Source: a virus. Taken from it: DNA of 64,000 nucleotides. The position numbers and the translations under genes are program-made. Under the pieces are notes generated by a model. The model saw only the letters and a program-made list of their open reading frames with translations. It was not told where the DNA came from and did no database searches. Below are positions 1-8,592 of the stretch, in pieces. The stretch is taken from the IMG/VR virus record IMGVR_UViG_3300032235_000467; one strand, given 5' to 3'. How positions within the stretch are numbered: the stretch's first letter is position 1; each line of letters opens with the position of its first letter.

Positions 1-18
1 AACCTATAAACTAAGCTT

Positions 19-162
19 ATGTGTCCAGTTTGTTGGTCAGCTATGTTACTACAAGCCTTAGCCTGGGTAGCCGGGTCTTTTGGCCTTGTAGGGGTTTATG
101 CATGGCTTAAATCAAAGTTTAAGAGATGCAACTGCAAAGATTGTAAATGTAAAAATAACTAA
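19..162 (+). CDS. small Cys-rich membrane protein (47 aa; not in ORF track)
   Basis: Manual translation MCPVCWSAMLLQALAWVAGSFGLVGVYAWLKSKFKRCNCKDCKCKNN*; one hydrophobic segment; stop lies 1 nt before the next ATG (164). Confidence 0.6.
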   Translation: MCPVCWSAMLLQALAWVAGSFGLVGVYAWLKSKFKRCNCKDCKCKNN

Positions 163-163
163 T

Positions 164-388
164 ATGTCCCCACAAGGTATAGCACACAAGATCTCCGAAA
201 CAGAGTGGCGTATAGAGCTAGAGGATGGCTCAGAATTGCCTTTATTGCCTTCAGACGTAGTTACATATTACCAGGAGATGCGTACCTGCGGTAAGCCTCT
301 ATGTGGCTGCTGGATCCTCAAGGAGGGACTAAGGCTAGAGTATCAGGTTCTTGATGTTGATGGTGTTGCTTATGCTAGTATTATCTAA
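164..388 (+). CDS. hypothetical protein (start revised from 98 to 164)
   Basis: In-frame ATG at 164 directly follows the stop of 19..162; no recognisable motif. Confidence 0.55.
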   Translation: MSPQGIAHKISETEWRIELEDGSELPLLPSDVVTYYQEMRTCGKPLCGCWILKEGLRLEYQVLDVDGVAYASII

Positions 389-562
389 GGAATGCCCCTG
401 TGAGCTTTATACAGCCCCCTGAAGCCCTTTCCTTACTGTGGGCTAGTATTTGTATTCCCCGGCTCCTTTAGGGGCTGTTTGGGGCTTGTTTCTTACTGTT
501 CGTTGTTGTTGTATATATAAAATATATTAGGTGCGGTTCGCGCGACCTGGCGGTTTTTCCTA

Positions 563-570
563 TATTTATA
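563..570 (+). promoter_or_regulatory. putative late promoter TATTTATA
   Basis: Recurrent intergenic motif; 5 nt before ATG 576. Confidence 0.6.
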
Positions 571-575
571 TCTAT

Positions 576-1217
576 ATGATAAAGCTATTGAATTTGTTTA
601 AGGAATCTCTCAAGGAAGAGGCCCGGCTCTTAAAAGAAGTTGGGGAGAAGACTTACTCCTTTAGTGAGCCAGAGGTAGAAGTTAGCAAAAGCACTAATAA
701 GAACTATGTGACTTATGCCTTTAAGACTAAAAAGAAGAAGGATGAAGATGGAAAAGAGATAGAGGGTTCGGAAACAGAGTACGAGGTTACTTTTGAATCT
801 ACGTACTTTAAGAACAGCCCAGACTTTAAATGGGAAACAGAGATCACTTTTGATCCTATCTCTAAAGAAGATGATGAGGATGTTATGGCTTACTCCTTTG
901 ATAAGCCTGAGGTTGGGGAGACTAATGAGTTTGATGCTGCCGCTGTGTTGTTTACTGTTGCTAAGATTATTATTGATTTCATAAATAAGTTTAAGCCTGA
1001 GGCTTTATCCTACAGCGGTATTCTTTCCGGCAAGGAAACGCCAGGGGCCTCTGTGATGACTAAGAGGGACCGTATTTATGATATGATGGTTCAGTCTATG
1101 ATTAATAAGGCTCCAGGCTATACTTTCAAAAGACAATGGTTTAACATGACTATTTTTTATAAAGGAGATCTTCCTGTTCCAGGTCATGATAAAATCTTTG
1201 ATTACCCTAATTCTTAA
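576..1217 (+). CDS. hypothetical protein with capsid-targeting-like leader (start revised to 576)
   Basis: MIKLLNLFKESLKEE leader shared with other ORFs; ATG follows TATTTATA. Confidence 0.75.
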   Translation: MIKLLNLFKESLKEEARLLKEVGEKTYSFSEPEVEVSKSTNKNYVTYAFKTKKKKDEDGKEIEGSETEYEVTFESTYFKNSPDFKWETEITFDPISKEDDEDVMAYSFDKPEVGETNEFDAAAVLFTVAKIIIDFINKFKPEALSYSGILSGKETPGASVMTKRDRIYDMMVQSMINKAPGYTFKRQWFNMTIFYKGDLPVPGHDKIFDYPNS

Positions 1218-1225
1218 TATTTATA
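1218..1225 (+). promoter_or_regulatory. putative late promoter TATTTATA
   Basis: Motif between the stop at 1217 and ATG 1244. Confidence 0.6.
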
Positions 1226-1243
1226 CTATATAACAAATATAAA

Positions 1244-1747
1244 ATGAGAAGCGAAAAGAAATTTAAAGAAAAAATATCTAACCTTGCTGCTATGATCGCT
1301 GAAGGTAACTACGAGGAAAAGCCTGAAGATGATAAAGAAATGGAAGAAGCTAAGGATAAGTATACGGAACCTGCAACTAATCCTAATAAAACAACTCCTA
1401 TAGATGTTGATAAATTTAACGCTAAGTTAGATACATACGATCAAGCCCTTTCTTCTTTTTATAATGCTATTAATAGTGCACAAGAATTAGAACTTGCATT
1501 AGTACATATTATTGAGAAAATGCCAAATCTTACACCTGGTAATAGTATTACCGGCATGAGACGTGCTATTGATAGAATGGCTGGTGAAAAGGCTGATGCT
1601 AGTTCTAAATCCGTATCTAAGAAAGATCCTAATGCTATGTATGATAAAATGAAACTTCCTAAAGGTGTGAAACCGCCTAAGGATGATGCTAGCTCTTCTG
1701 AGCTCCCTGCTCTTCAGGAATCTTTTAATAGAATTAATAGAAAATAA
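1244..1747 (+). CDS. hypothetical protein, tandem paralog 1 (putative head-internal)
   Basis: Shares TP[IV]DV.KF..KLDTY.QAL..FYN.INSAQELELA and C-terminal LPALQE[SA]FNRINRK with the next ORF. Confidence 0.8.
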   Translation: MRSEKKFKEKISNLAAMIAEGNYEEKPEDDKEMEEAKDKYTEPATNPNKTTPIDVDKFNAKLDTYDQALSSFYNAINSAQELELALVHIIEKMPNLTPGNSITGMRRAIDRMAGEKADASSKSVSKKDPNAMYDKMKLPKGVKPPKDDASSSELPALQESFNRINRK

Positions 1748-1748
1748 G

Positions 1749-2135
1749 ATGAAAAACGAAAAAAAATTTAAACAAAAAATTGCAGAAGTTGCTGCTAAGA
1801 TTGCTGAAGAATCTAGAGAAGTAGAAACTGATGAAGCTTCTCCTAATCAACAAACACCTGTTGATGTAACTAAGTTTACTGAAAAGTTAGATACTTACAA
1901 TCAAGCATTAACTCCGTTCTATAATCTTATAAACAGTGCGCAAGAGTTAGAGCTTGCTGTTCTATATATCGTAGAGAAATTGCCTAACATTAATCCAGGT
2001 AATGCAGTTACCGGACTTAGAAGAGCTATAGATAGTTTGGCAAAAGAAAAAGCTAACGCTTCTGAAAAAGATCCTATTAGCACTGATGCCCTACCTGCAC
2101 TTCAGGAAGCGTTCAATCGCATTAACAGAAAGTAA
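1749..2135 (+). CDS. hypothetical protein, tandem paralog 2 (start revised to 1749)
   Basis: MKNEKKFKQKI aligns with MRSEKKFKEKI of the upstream paralog. Confidence 0.8.
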   Translation: MKNEKKFKQKIAEVAAKIAEESREVETDEASPNQQTPVDVTKFTEKLDTYNQALTPFYNLINSAQELELAVLYIVEKLPNINPGNAVTGLRRAIDSLAKEKANASEKDPISTDALPALQEAFNRINRK

Positions 2136-2150
2136 TAATTATTAAATAAG

Positions 2151-2192
2151 AGAAAGGCTTGCTATTCAATCTGGTAGGTCTTTCTTTTTTTT
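2151..2192 (+). terminator. putative intrinsic terminator
   Basis: AGAAAGGCTTGCTA / TGGTAGGTCTTTCT stem (with G-U pairs) followed by a T run. Confidence 0.55.
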
Positions 2193-2276
2193 ATAGTAGT
2201 CGTATAGTATAGATATCCCTGCTGCTATTGTAAGCAGTAAGAGGCCTCCGAATATCATAAGACCTACTATATCCAT
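2166..2276 (-). CDS. small membrane protein (36 aa; not in ORF track)
   Basis: MDIVGLMIFGGLLLLTIAAGISILYDYYKKKKDLPD*: one TM helix plus basic tail; downstream of 2289..2417. Confidence 0.55.
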   Translation of the reverse strand: MDIVGLMIFGGLLLLTIAAGISILYDYYKKKKDLPD

Positions 2277-2288
2277 TGGGTTGGTTTT

Positions 2289-2417
2289 CTACCGCCCTTG
2301 TCCTCTATACGCTTTTGGTCTTGGGCTGTGTTTGTTAAATGATTTTTTTGCTACTCCGAGTTTCCTCTTACCGAAAGTGATCTTAACGGAAGTACCGCCA
2401 CCTTTTGCTTTTGCCAT
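2289..2417 (-). CDS. small basic protein ending YRGQGR (42 aa; not in ORF track)
   Basis: MAKAKGGGTSVKITFGKRKLGVAKKSFNKHSPRPKAYRGQGR*; preceded by minus-strand TATTTATA; K.YRGQG[RK] termini are familiar from small proteins of T4-like phages. Confidence 0.75.
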   Translation of the reverse strand: MAKAKGGGTSVKITFGKRKLGVAKKSFNKHSPRPKAYRGQGR

Positions 2418-2431
2418 GACTAATTCTTTTA

Positions 2432-2471
2432 TATAAATATTTGGTATTTGATTGTTTTTTTAATATTTATA
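2432..2471. promoter_or_regulatory. divergent pair of putative late promoters (- strand 2432-2439; + strand 2464-2471)
   Basis: Back-to-back TATTTATA copies, each 14-15 nt from an ATG on its own strand. Confidence 0.65.
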
Positions 2472-2486
2472 TACAAATAAAATAAG

Positions 2487-3119
2487 ATGGCATTATCAGA
2501 TAAAAAAAGCGATTTAACGAAAGGAATTAAAAATGCACCTGTGTTTAAACCAGGGGGAGCTCTTAGTCAAAAAACTTCTTTTTATAAACCTTCTTTCTCA
2601 ACAAATACCGGAGTATCTTCTGGAGCTCCTCAAGGAGTAGCAGCCGAAGCTGCTTTACAAGCGCCTGCTTCTATAGATACTGGTGCATCTAACACTGCCA
2701 CAGTAGCTCCTTCTACATTTCAAATGGTTTTAGGAGTTGCAGTTCAAGCTTCTGTAACACAATCTATACAGACTGTATACAGCACGGATAGTGGTTCTAC
2801 ATGGAATATATTTGAATCAGACTTTGATCTACAATATGTACCAGTCGGATCAATATTTCAAAGATCAAATCAATTTAATAAAAAGTATGTCAATCCAGGA
2901 GATAACTTATGGATAGGTGTTTATAGCCTCTCTGGTAGTGTGTCTAGCAGTATTAAATTTGGTAGCTATCCTAATGGTTTTCCTGTAGTTAGTCAAAGCT
3001 ATGACACTTACTGCGGTATTACCAATCCATATAAAATAACTAACATATCTAGTAGTTTAGCTATTTATAACCCTACTATAGTAGTAGCTGTGTCCTCTTC
3101 AGCCGTAATTCCTTGTTAA
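2487..3119 (+). CDS. hypothetical, probably virion-surface protein
   Basis: Late motif upstream; several [ST]-[AGSQ]-S motifs in the C-terminal domain. Confidence 0.7.
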   Translation: MALSDKKSDLTKGIKNAPVFKPGGALSQKTSFYKPSFSTNTGVSSGAPQGVAAEAALQAPASIDTGASNTATVAPSTFQMVLGVAVQASVTQSIQTVYSTDSGSTWNIFESDFDLQYVPVGSIFQRSNQFNKKYVNPGDNLWIGVYSLSGSVSSSIKFGSYPNGFPVVSQSYDTYCGITNPYKITNISSSLAIYNPTIVVAVSSSAVIPC

Positions 3120-3121
3120 AA

Positions 3122-3397
3122 TTAGTTAATTTCTAGATAAAAATCTAGCTCTTTTAACACTTTTTCTAGCATTTCTATATCAATTTTGAGGTCAGGATTC
3201 ATTATTTCTAGTGAGTTTCTGACCTCATTTGCGTACCCTTCTATCAGTTCTTTTGATAATTCTTCGTCATCTTCGGATACAATATCACACCAAATGCAGT
3301 CTAATAGCTCAAAAGTGAACAAAGTAAGCTTAAAATTATCAGATTCTTCTATAATTTTGTTCAGATTTTCCTTAATTTCTCTGTATTTTTCTTCCAT
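3122..3397 (-). CDS. hypothetical acidic protein
   Basis: Co-oriented with 3412..3975; converges on the stop at 3119. Confidence 0.65.
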   Translation of the reverse strand: MEEKYREIKENLNKIIEESDNFKLTLFTFELLDCIWCDIVSEDDEELSKELIEGYANEVRNSLEIMNPDLKIDIEMLEKVLKELDFYLEIN

Positions 3398-3411
3398 ATT
3401 TTTGTTATTTT

Positions 3412-3975
3412 TTAGCCATTTTCAGCCTCTAAAATTAAATCTCTATACCTATTGTAGAATTTATCCAGTAAAACGTCCCTAAGGCCCTCTAATGAGTTCT
3501 CACGATGTAAAAAAGGTGCTTCCTTAACAACTGTTGCCATCTCATGTGGAGATGTTATCTCTATTAGCCCTGCATACTCAGGAATTTCAACTGTATTTAG
3601 TAATCCTTTGGGACAAGCATAGAAAAATTTGTTAGGTCTTTTTATATTCTGAGTAGAATCTTTACCTTCTGAAAGTAATAAATGTTTAGAAGTTTTATTG
3701 AAGTCGTCTTTATAGTCACCCCTGGTGACTTTTATTTCGACTTCGTATACATAACCACTCTCTGATACTGAGAAAAAATCACTTTCCCAGTCAAAAATAT
3801 AAGCATTATTAATTAAATATTTATGATTTATAAACCTGAGTCTCAATGATTTAACTATATCTTTAGAAGTTATATCAGTATTATTTAAACCTCCTACATT
3901 TTTAGCTGATTTTTTCTTTTTATAAGTAGGTTTTTTTATGTCTCCTTTATCTAATTTGGAAAAATCTATTAACAT
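3412..3975 (-). CDS. PD-(D/E)XK nuclease-fold protein, MmcB-like
   Basis: ESD...YEVEIKVTRGDYKDD...PNKFFYACP...EIPEYAGLI pattern. Confidence 0.7.
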   Translation of the reverse strand: MLIDFSKLDKGDIKKPTYKKKKSAKNVGGLNNTDITSKDIVKSLRLRFINHKYLINNAYIFDWESDFFSVSESGYVYEVEIKVTRGDYKDDFNKTSKHLLLSEGKDSTQNIKRPNKFFYACPKGLLNTVEIPEYAGLIEITSPHEMATVVKEAPFLHRENSLEGLRDVLLDKFYNRYRDLILEAENG

Positions 3976-3998
3976 GTGGATAAATTTTTATAAAAAAA

Positions 3999-4030
3999 TT
4001 TGGTTAGTATTTTTAAGCCGTTTACATTTG
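3999..4030 (+). promoter_or_regulatory. Bacteroidota primary-sigma-type promoter (-33/-7)
   Basis: TTTG(3999-4002)-N20-TACATTTG(4023-4030). Confidence 0.65.
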
Positions 4031-4053
4031 TATAGGGCTTTTGTATATAGTAT

Positions 4054-4164
4054 CCCCGTTGACGGGGCTAACTCAGTCGCGGTGCCCGCGCTACTAATAA
4101 ATATATAATATACTAATAGTATATATTTATATATAATATACTTACTTATAATTAATAATAAAAT
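4054..4164. other. two GC-rich inverted repeats followed by a ~73-nt, ~93% AT tract (origin or structured-leader candidate)
   Basis: CCCCGT-TG-ACGGGG (4054-4067), CGCGG-TGC-CCGCG (4078-4090), AT tract 4092-4164. Confidence 0.4.
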
Positions 4165-4165
4165 C

Positions 4166-4363
4166 ATGGTTAACAAAACTAACGCTTTAAATAAAATTGA
4201 ACAAATAAAAAACTACTTGAAGAATGTTCAAGCTTCTGCTTACAGGGGAGACAACTCTCTTACTGAAAAATTTGAAACACTGGATGAATTGATAGAAGAT
4301 CTAGAAAGTACAATCAGTAGTGAAAGCGAAGAGTATTTGAATCGTCCATACGGAACTTTATAA
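4166..4363 (+). CDS. hypothetical protein
   Basis: First ORF after the divergent intergenic region; helical, acidic C-terminus. Confidence 0.7.
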   Translation: MVNKTNALNKIEQIKNYLKNVQASAYRGDNSLTEKFETLDELIEDLESTISSESEEYLNRPYGTL

Positions 4364-4378
4364 AAATAAAAAAAGGTT

Positions 4379-5005
4379 ATGAAATTATCAGCTGCGGAAC
4401 TTAGCGACAATCTTAATGTATTACTAAAAGTTATTGATACTAAGATTACAGGAGAAAGGAAAGACAAGTTAATACAACTCCACGATGATTGGGGGGATAG
4501 AATAGCTGTTGCTCCAGCTTCTATGAAAACTAACTATCACAATGCTTTTGTTGGTGGTTATGTTTTGCATGTACTTAACGTAGTAAAGGCAGTAGGTCTG
4601 GTAGCAGACTCCTGGAAAAAGATGGGAGTCAACTTAGACTTCACTCAAGAGGAAATGTATTTTTCTGCTATATGCCATGATCTAGGAAAAATGGGTACAG
4701 AAGAGGAAGAATACTATTTGCCCTGCGAAGAGCAGTGGATGTTAAAGAAAGGGCAGCTGTATGTAATGAACCCTAGACTTCAGTATATGAAAGTTGCTGA
4801 GCGCTCCATTATGAATCTTCAGAGGAGAGGAATTGTAATGACAGAGAAAGAGTATTTGTCTATAAAGCTACATGACGGACTGTACGAAGACTCTAACAAG
4901 GCCTACTTAATATCATACAGTGAAGAGTACGCATTGAAAACATACCTACCTCATGTACTACATCAGGCTGATATGATAGCCGCTAAATCTGAAGAAAAGA
5001 AATAA
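4379..5005 (+). CDS. HD-domain phosphohydrolase (YhaM-like)
   Basis: YHNAFVGGYVLH...CHDLGK...KLHDG...LHQAD motifs. Confidence 0.85.
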   Translation: MKLSAAELSDNLNVLLKVIDTKITGERKDKLIQLHDDWGDRIAVAPASMKTNYHNAFVGGYVLHVLNVVKAVGLVADSWKKMGVNLDFTQEEMYFSAICHDLGKMGTEEEEYYLPCEEQWMLKKGQLYVMNPRLQYMKVAERSIMNLQRRGIVMTEKEYLSIKLHDGLYEDSNKAYLISYSEEYALKTYLPHVLHQADMIAAKSEEKK

Positions 5006-5008
5006 ATT

Positions 5009-5287
5009 ATGATTATTATAATATCTATACTATCTTTACTGTTAATAGCTTGTGGACTTATTATTAAAAACCTTCTTGATAAGGTTGAAAAATATGAAGA
5101 AGATATTCTATTAAAGGAAGAATATTTGGACAAGTTAAAGAGTATGGTTGATGAATCTTACAAAAAAATAAAAGATTTAGATACCCTGGAGGCTTTTGAA
5201 TCTGATGATGAGGTAGGTCATTTTTTTGTAAATCTGAAGAATATAATTATGACACTTAACACATATATGCAGAACTATACTAAATAG
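5009..5287 (+). CDS. membrane-anchored coiled-coil protein
   Basis: N-terminal TM helix followed by charged helix. Confidence 0.7.
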   Translation: MIIIISILSLLLIACGLIIKNLLDKVEKYEEDILLKEEYLDKLKSMVDESYKKIKDLDTLEAFESDDEVGHFFVNLKNIIMTLNTYMQNYTK

Positions 5288-5332
5288 AAATAAAGGTTAC
5301 GACATTAAATAACTAATTGATAAATTAATTTA

Positions 5333-6118
5333 ATGCCGAGGAAAAAGAAAGAAGTAGAAGTAAAAGAACTAGACCCAGAAACGTTTACTAAATCGGGAAA
5401 ACTAAGAAAAAGAAAACCTAAGAAATCTAGAGAATACTTCACTAAAGATACTGAGGACGCTATTGTAGCGTACTTAAAATCAGAAGATCCAGTAGAGAGG
5501 AATAAACTTTTCAACGAAAAAATAGACTATAGCTTTCATAAGCTAGCAGAATTCATAATACATACTTTTAAGTTCTACTACACAGAAATGACTAATGTAG
5601 AAGATCTTAAGCACGAAGTGGTGACATTCTTACTAGACAAGCTTCACCATTACAATCCAGAAAAAGGCAAAGCATTCTCCTACTTCGGTACTATTGCAAA
5701 AAGGTATCTCATAGTTTACAATGAGAACAACTATAAACAGATGAAGGTTAGGGGAGATATGGAAGAAGTAGATGAAGACAAAAAGGTATTCACTGCTATA
5801 TCTAGAGAAGGTGACAATCTGGAACTTTCTCAATTCTTAGACTCCTATGTAAAATACATGGATGAGAATATGGAGAAGTTGTTTACTTTAGAAATAGACA
5901 AATCCATAGCTTATGCTATACTTCAAATCTTTAGAAGAAGGGAAAATCTAGAAGTTTTCAATAAACAGCACTTTTATCTGTATGTACGGGAGATCACCGG
6001 ACAGAACACCGCCAACGTAACAAGGGTAATAAAGGTGATGAAATCGGTATATAAGAATCAATTAAATGTATTATATCTTGAGGGCGAACTAGAAACCGAT
6101 GAAAATCATATTTATTAA
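5333..6118 (+). CDS. phage late-transcription sigma factor, T4 gp55-like
   Basis: Sigma region-2-like EDLKHEVVTFLLDKLHHYNPEKGKAFSYFGTIAKRYLI; basic N-terminus followed by EYFT. Confidence 0.7.
   Translation: MPRKKKEVEVKELDPETFTKSGKLRKRKPKKSREYFTKDTEDAIVAYLKSEDPVERNKLFNEKIDYSFHKLAEFIIHTFKFYYTEMTNVEDLKHEVVTFLLDKLHHYNPEKGKAFSYFGTIAKRYLIVYNENNYKQMKVRGDMEEVDEDKKVFTAISREGDNLELSQFLDSYVKYMDENMEKLFTLEIDKSIAYAILQIFRRRENLEVFNKQHFYLYVREITGQNTANVTRVIKVMKSVYKNQLNVLYLEGELETDENHIY
6109..6116 (+). promoter_or_regulatory. putative late promoter TATTTATT opening the baseplate operon
   Basis: Motif variant overlapping the 3' end of the sigma gene, 13 nt before ATG 6130. Confidence 0.55.
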
Positions 6119-6129
6119 AAAGGATAAAC

Positions 6130-6498
6130 ATGTCAGATTTTGATCAAGTTGTGTTCGGTAAGAAAAAATTCTCCGATCTACTTAAAGAAGTGTACGATCG
6201 TTCTATAACTAAAGAGAAGCAGATTACAGACATGATTGAACAACTCAGGGATCTTATACAGAATACCGGAGATGCAGTCATGATGGTACCTCTAATAGCT
6301 TCCTACATGGATTTAAACCTAAAAAACGATGATGTACTAATAAAAATGGTCGCTATCGTACAAAAAGCCATGGCTAGAGGTAAGGAAACTGGAGATTTCA
6401 TGTTACCAGATAATGAAAAGGAAGAGCTTCTAAGACTTGCACAAGAGGGTGTTGCTGAGAAAAAAGCATTGACAAATCAAAATATGCCTACAGCATAG
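6130..6498 (+). CDS. hypothetical helical protein
   Basis: Coupled to next gene (TAG/GTG overlap); no firm family motif. Confidence 0.75.
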   Translation: MSDFDQVVFGKKKFSDLLKEVYDRSITKEKQITDMIEQLRDLIQNTGDAVMMVPLIASYMDLNLKNDDVLIKMVAIVQKAMARGKETGDFMLPDNEKEELLRLAQEGVAEKKALTNQNMPTA

Positions 6499-8123
6499 TG
6501 TCAGGTCCTAATACCATATCGTATAGTTTTGGTCAAATGGTAGGAGCCGCTGCTGCAGCCGGTGCCCCAGGACAATCTAGCTATTTTATAGCAAGAGTTA
6601 AGTTTGTTTTACTAGACGATAGTGATTTGCCAAAGTTTAATCGTCTAGGTGGGTGGAAGGCTATAGGATCTATAGAGTGTCTACCTTTTATAAATTTCAA
6701 CGATCCAAAAACGGAACCCATCATAGCAAGACCTCTAAGGAGTAACTATACTCAGTACCCATTGGTTAATGAGGCCGTACTAGTTAAAATATTAATAAGT
6801 AAAGAGGCTCAAGATAATGTAGGTAACTATAAACCAGAGTTTTACTACACAGATATTATATCCGTATGGAATGCACCTGAACACAATTCGGTACCAGATA
6901 AGTCTTACTTTTTATTAAATCCAAATGATAAAACCGGTACCGGTAAATTTGTACAAACAGGAGAAACAAAAAGACTTGTAAAAGCTCCTGGTGATGTAAC
7001 TCTAGAAGGTAGACGTGGAGGTAGCATTAGACTTGGATCCAATACTCCGGGGTTTAGAACACCTTGGACAGCAGCAACTTCTAAACCTATTTTTGTAATA
7101 TCTAATAATCCGGTAAAGGCAGAGGGACCAGCTAGGTTCGAAGATATAAACAAAGACGGATCAATAATGATGATGATGTCGGGACACAACCCAGGATTTG
7201 TACCAGCATCAGCAAATTTTGATTCATACGATACTATAGCTACTATAAATGAAAAGCAGAACGTAATAGTAACAGACCAAAAGCCACAATCAGAACCAAC
7301 TGCTTCATTAGTTCAACAGGATGCTAAACCTATTCCTGCTGATGTTCCTGTTACAGGGTCAATACCTGTAAGTAACCCTGTACCTCCTGCTGTTAAAAAT
7401 GATACACAGCTTGATGAAGAAGAGCTACCAGAAAGAGAAGATCTTGAAGAGATAGATGTACAAGTAGAAGATGTGCCTGTATATTCTTTGGGAACAGCAC
7501 AGGCGGCCAATGTAACTTATAAATTTAAAACCGATAACAGTCCACTAGGAACTTATTCAGAAAAAAGTTTTAAATCACAAGGTAAAACTATTAAACAGAT
7601 AATTGATGCCTATATAGCTAAGAATAACGAATTCTTAAAAGGAGTTGTAGCATTATCAATCAAATATTCTATACCTAATTACTATGATATTTTAAGGGTT
7701 ATGGAAAAAGAAACCATAGGAAATTTTGAAAAAGCTGCGTTAAGGGTAAACGGGTCTGTAGCTGCTGCAGGCCTAATACAGTTTACAAAAGTAACCTTGC
7801 CTTTATTAAAAAAATTCGGAATAACGTCTCTTGATCAAATTATAACAAAGTCAGCTGTACAACAGTTGCAATACGTAGAGGCTTATTTCGAAGCTAACAA
7901 ATCTAGACTAACAGGTGCTGATATTTATGCTATTTATGGAACTGTTTTTTATCCATATATAGTTGGTGGTGGAAAAATATCAAAAAGTGATGATTTTATT
8001 TTAGGGTCAGAGAGGAGTAATTCATGGGCTAGAAAGGTAGGGGCACAGAATCCAGGTATAAATGGAGGAAATCCAATAACTGTAAGAGTTTTCAAAAAGT
8101 ATGTAGATTCATTATTCAAATAA
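6498..8123 (+). CDS. baseplate hub/spike protein (gp5-like N-part) with C-terminal lysozyme-like/lytic transglycosylase domain
   Basis: OB-fold-like ARPL..NYTQYPLVNEAV; GDVTLEGRRGGSIRLGS; acidic/Pro linker; then VMEKET...AAGLIQFT...QQLQYVEAYF. Confidence 0.65.
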   Translation: MSGPNTISYSFGQMVGAAAAAGAPGQSSYFIARVKFVLLDDSDLPKFNRLGGWKAIGSIECLPFINFNDPKTEPIIARPLRSNYTQYPLVNEAVLVKILISKEAQDNVGNYKPEFYYTDIISVWNAPEHNSVPDKSYFLLNPNDKTGTGKFVQTGETKRLVKAPGDVTLEGRRGGSIRLGSNTPGFRTPWTAATSKPIFVISNNPVKAEGPARFEDINKDGSIMMMMSGHNPGFVPASANFDSYDTIATINEKQNVIVTDQKPQSEPTASLVQQDAKPIPADVPVTGSIPVSNPVPPAVKNDTQLDEEELPEREDLEEIDVQVEDVPVYSLGTAQAANVTYKFKTDNSPLGTYSEKSFKSQGKTIKQIIDAYIAKNNEFLKGVVALSIKYSIPNYYDILRVMEKETIGNFEKAALRVNGSVAAAGLIQFTKVTLPLLKKFGITSLDQIITKSAVQQLQYVEAYFEANKSRLTGADIYAIYGTVFYPYIVGGGKISKSDDFILGSERSNSWARKVGAQNPGINGGNPITVRVFKKYVDSLFK

Positions 8124-8124
8124 A

Positions 8125-8592
8125 ATGGCATTCACAGATTTCAATAGCTATGAGAAGGACACAGTAATCCTTAATTCTGACAGGGTAATCCTGAACAGTA
8201 AGGATGATTCTGTGTTCATACTGTCCAAAAAAACAGTAGGCATGTCAGCTGCTGATTCTGTGCATTTTGATGTCGGCCCTAGAGGGACTAAGGATAGCAA
8301 GTATGTATTCATTGTCAATGCTCCATCTATTCAACTTGGGCTACCTGAAAATGGTATAAATGAACCAATAGCCAAGGCCGACTCAGTTATTAAGTGTCTA
8401 AATGAAATAATGACAGCGCTAAATAACTTTTCGAACCTTATATCACCTGCTAAAGCTTTAGGAGTTGGAGTATCTAGCTTACCTGAAATTTCAACAGCAG
8501 CTTATAAATTACAATTAGATTTGAAAAAAATTGGAGAATTTTATACAAAATTAGACTCTCCTATAAAATCAAAAGTATCTAAAACTATATAA
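8125..8592 (+). CDS. spike beta-helix C-part (gp5/gp138-like)
   Basis: VILNSDRVILNSKDDSVFILSKK strand repeats; IQLG...EPIAKAD motif. Confidence 0.55.
   Translation: MAFTDFNSYEKDTVILNSDRVILNSKDDSVFILSKKTVGMSAADSVHFDVGPRGTKDSKYVFIVNAPSIQLGLPENGINEPIAKADSVIKCLNEIMTALNNFSNLISPAKALGVGVSSLPEISTAAYKLQLDLKKIGEFYTKLDSPIKSKVSKTI

Noticed and set aside
98-1748. ORF-track starts at 98, 531 and 1683 (likewise 48968)
   Set aside because: Downstream ATGs fit promoter position, gene coupling or paralog alignment better
8115-8130. Programmed frameshift joining 6498..8123 and 8125..8592
   Set aside because: No convincing slippery heptamer or stimulatory structure; the second ORF has its own ATG
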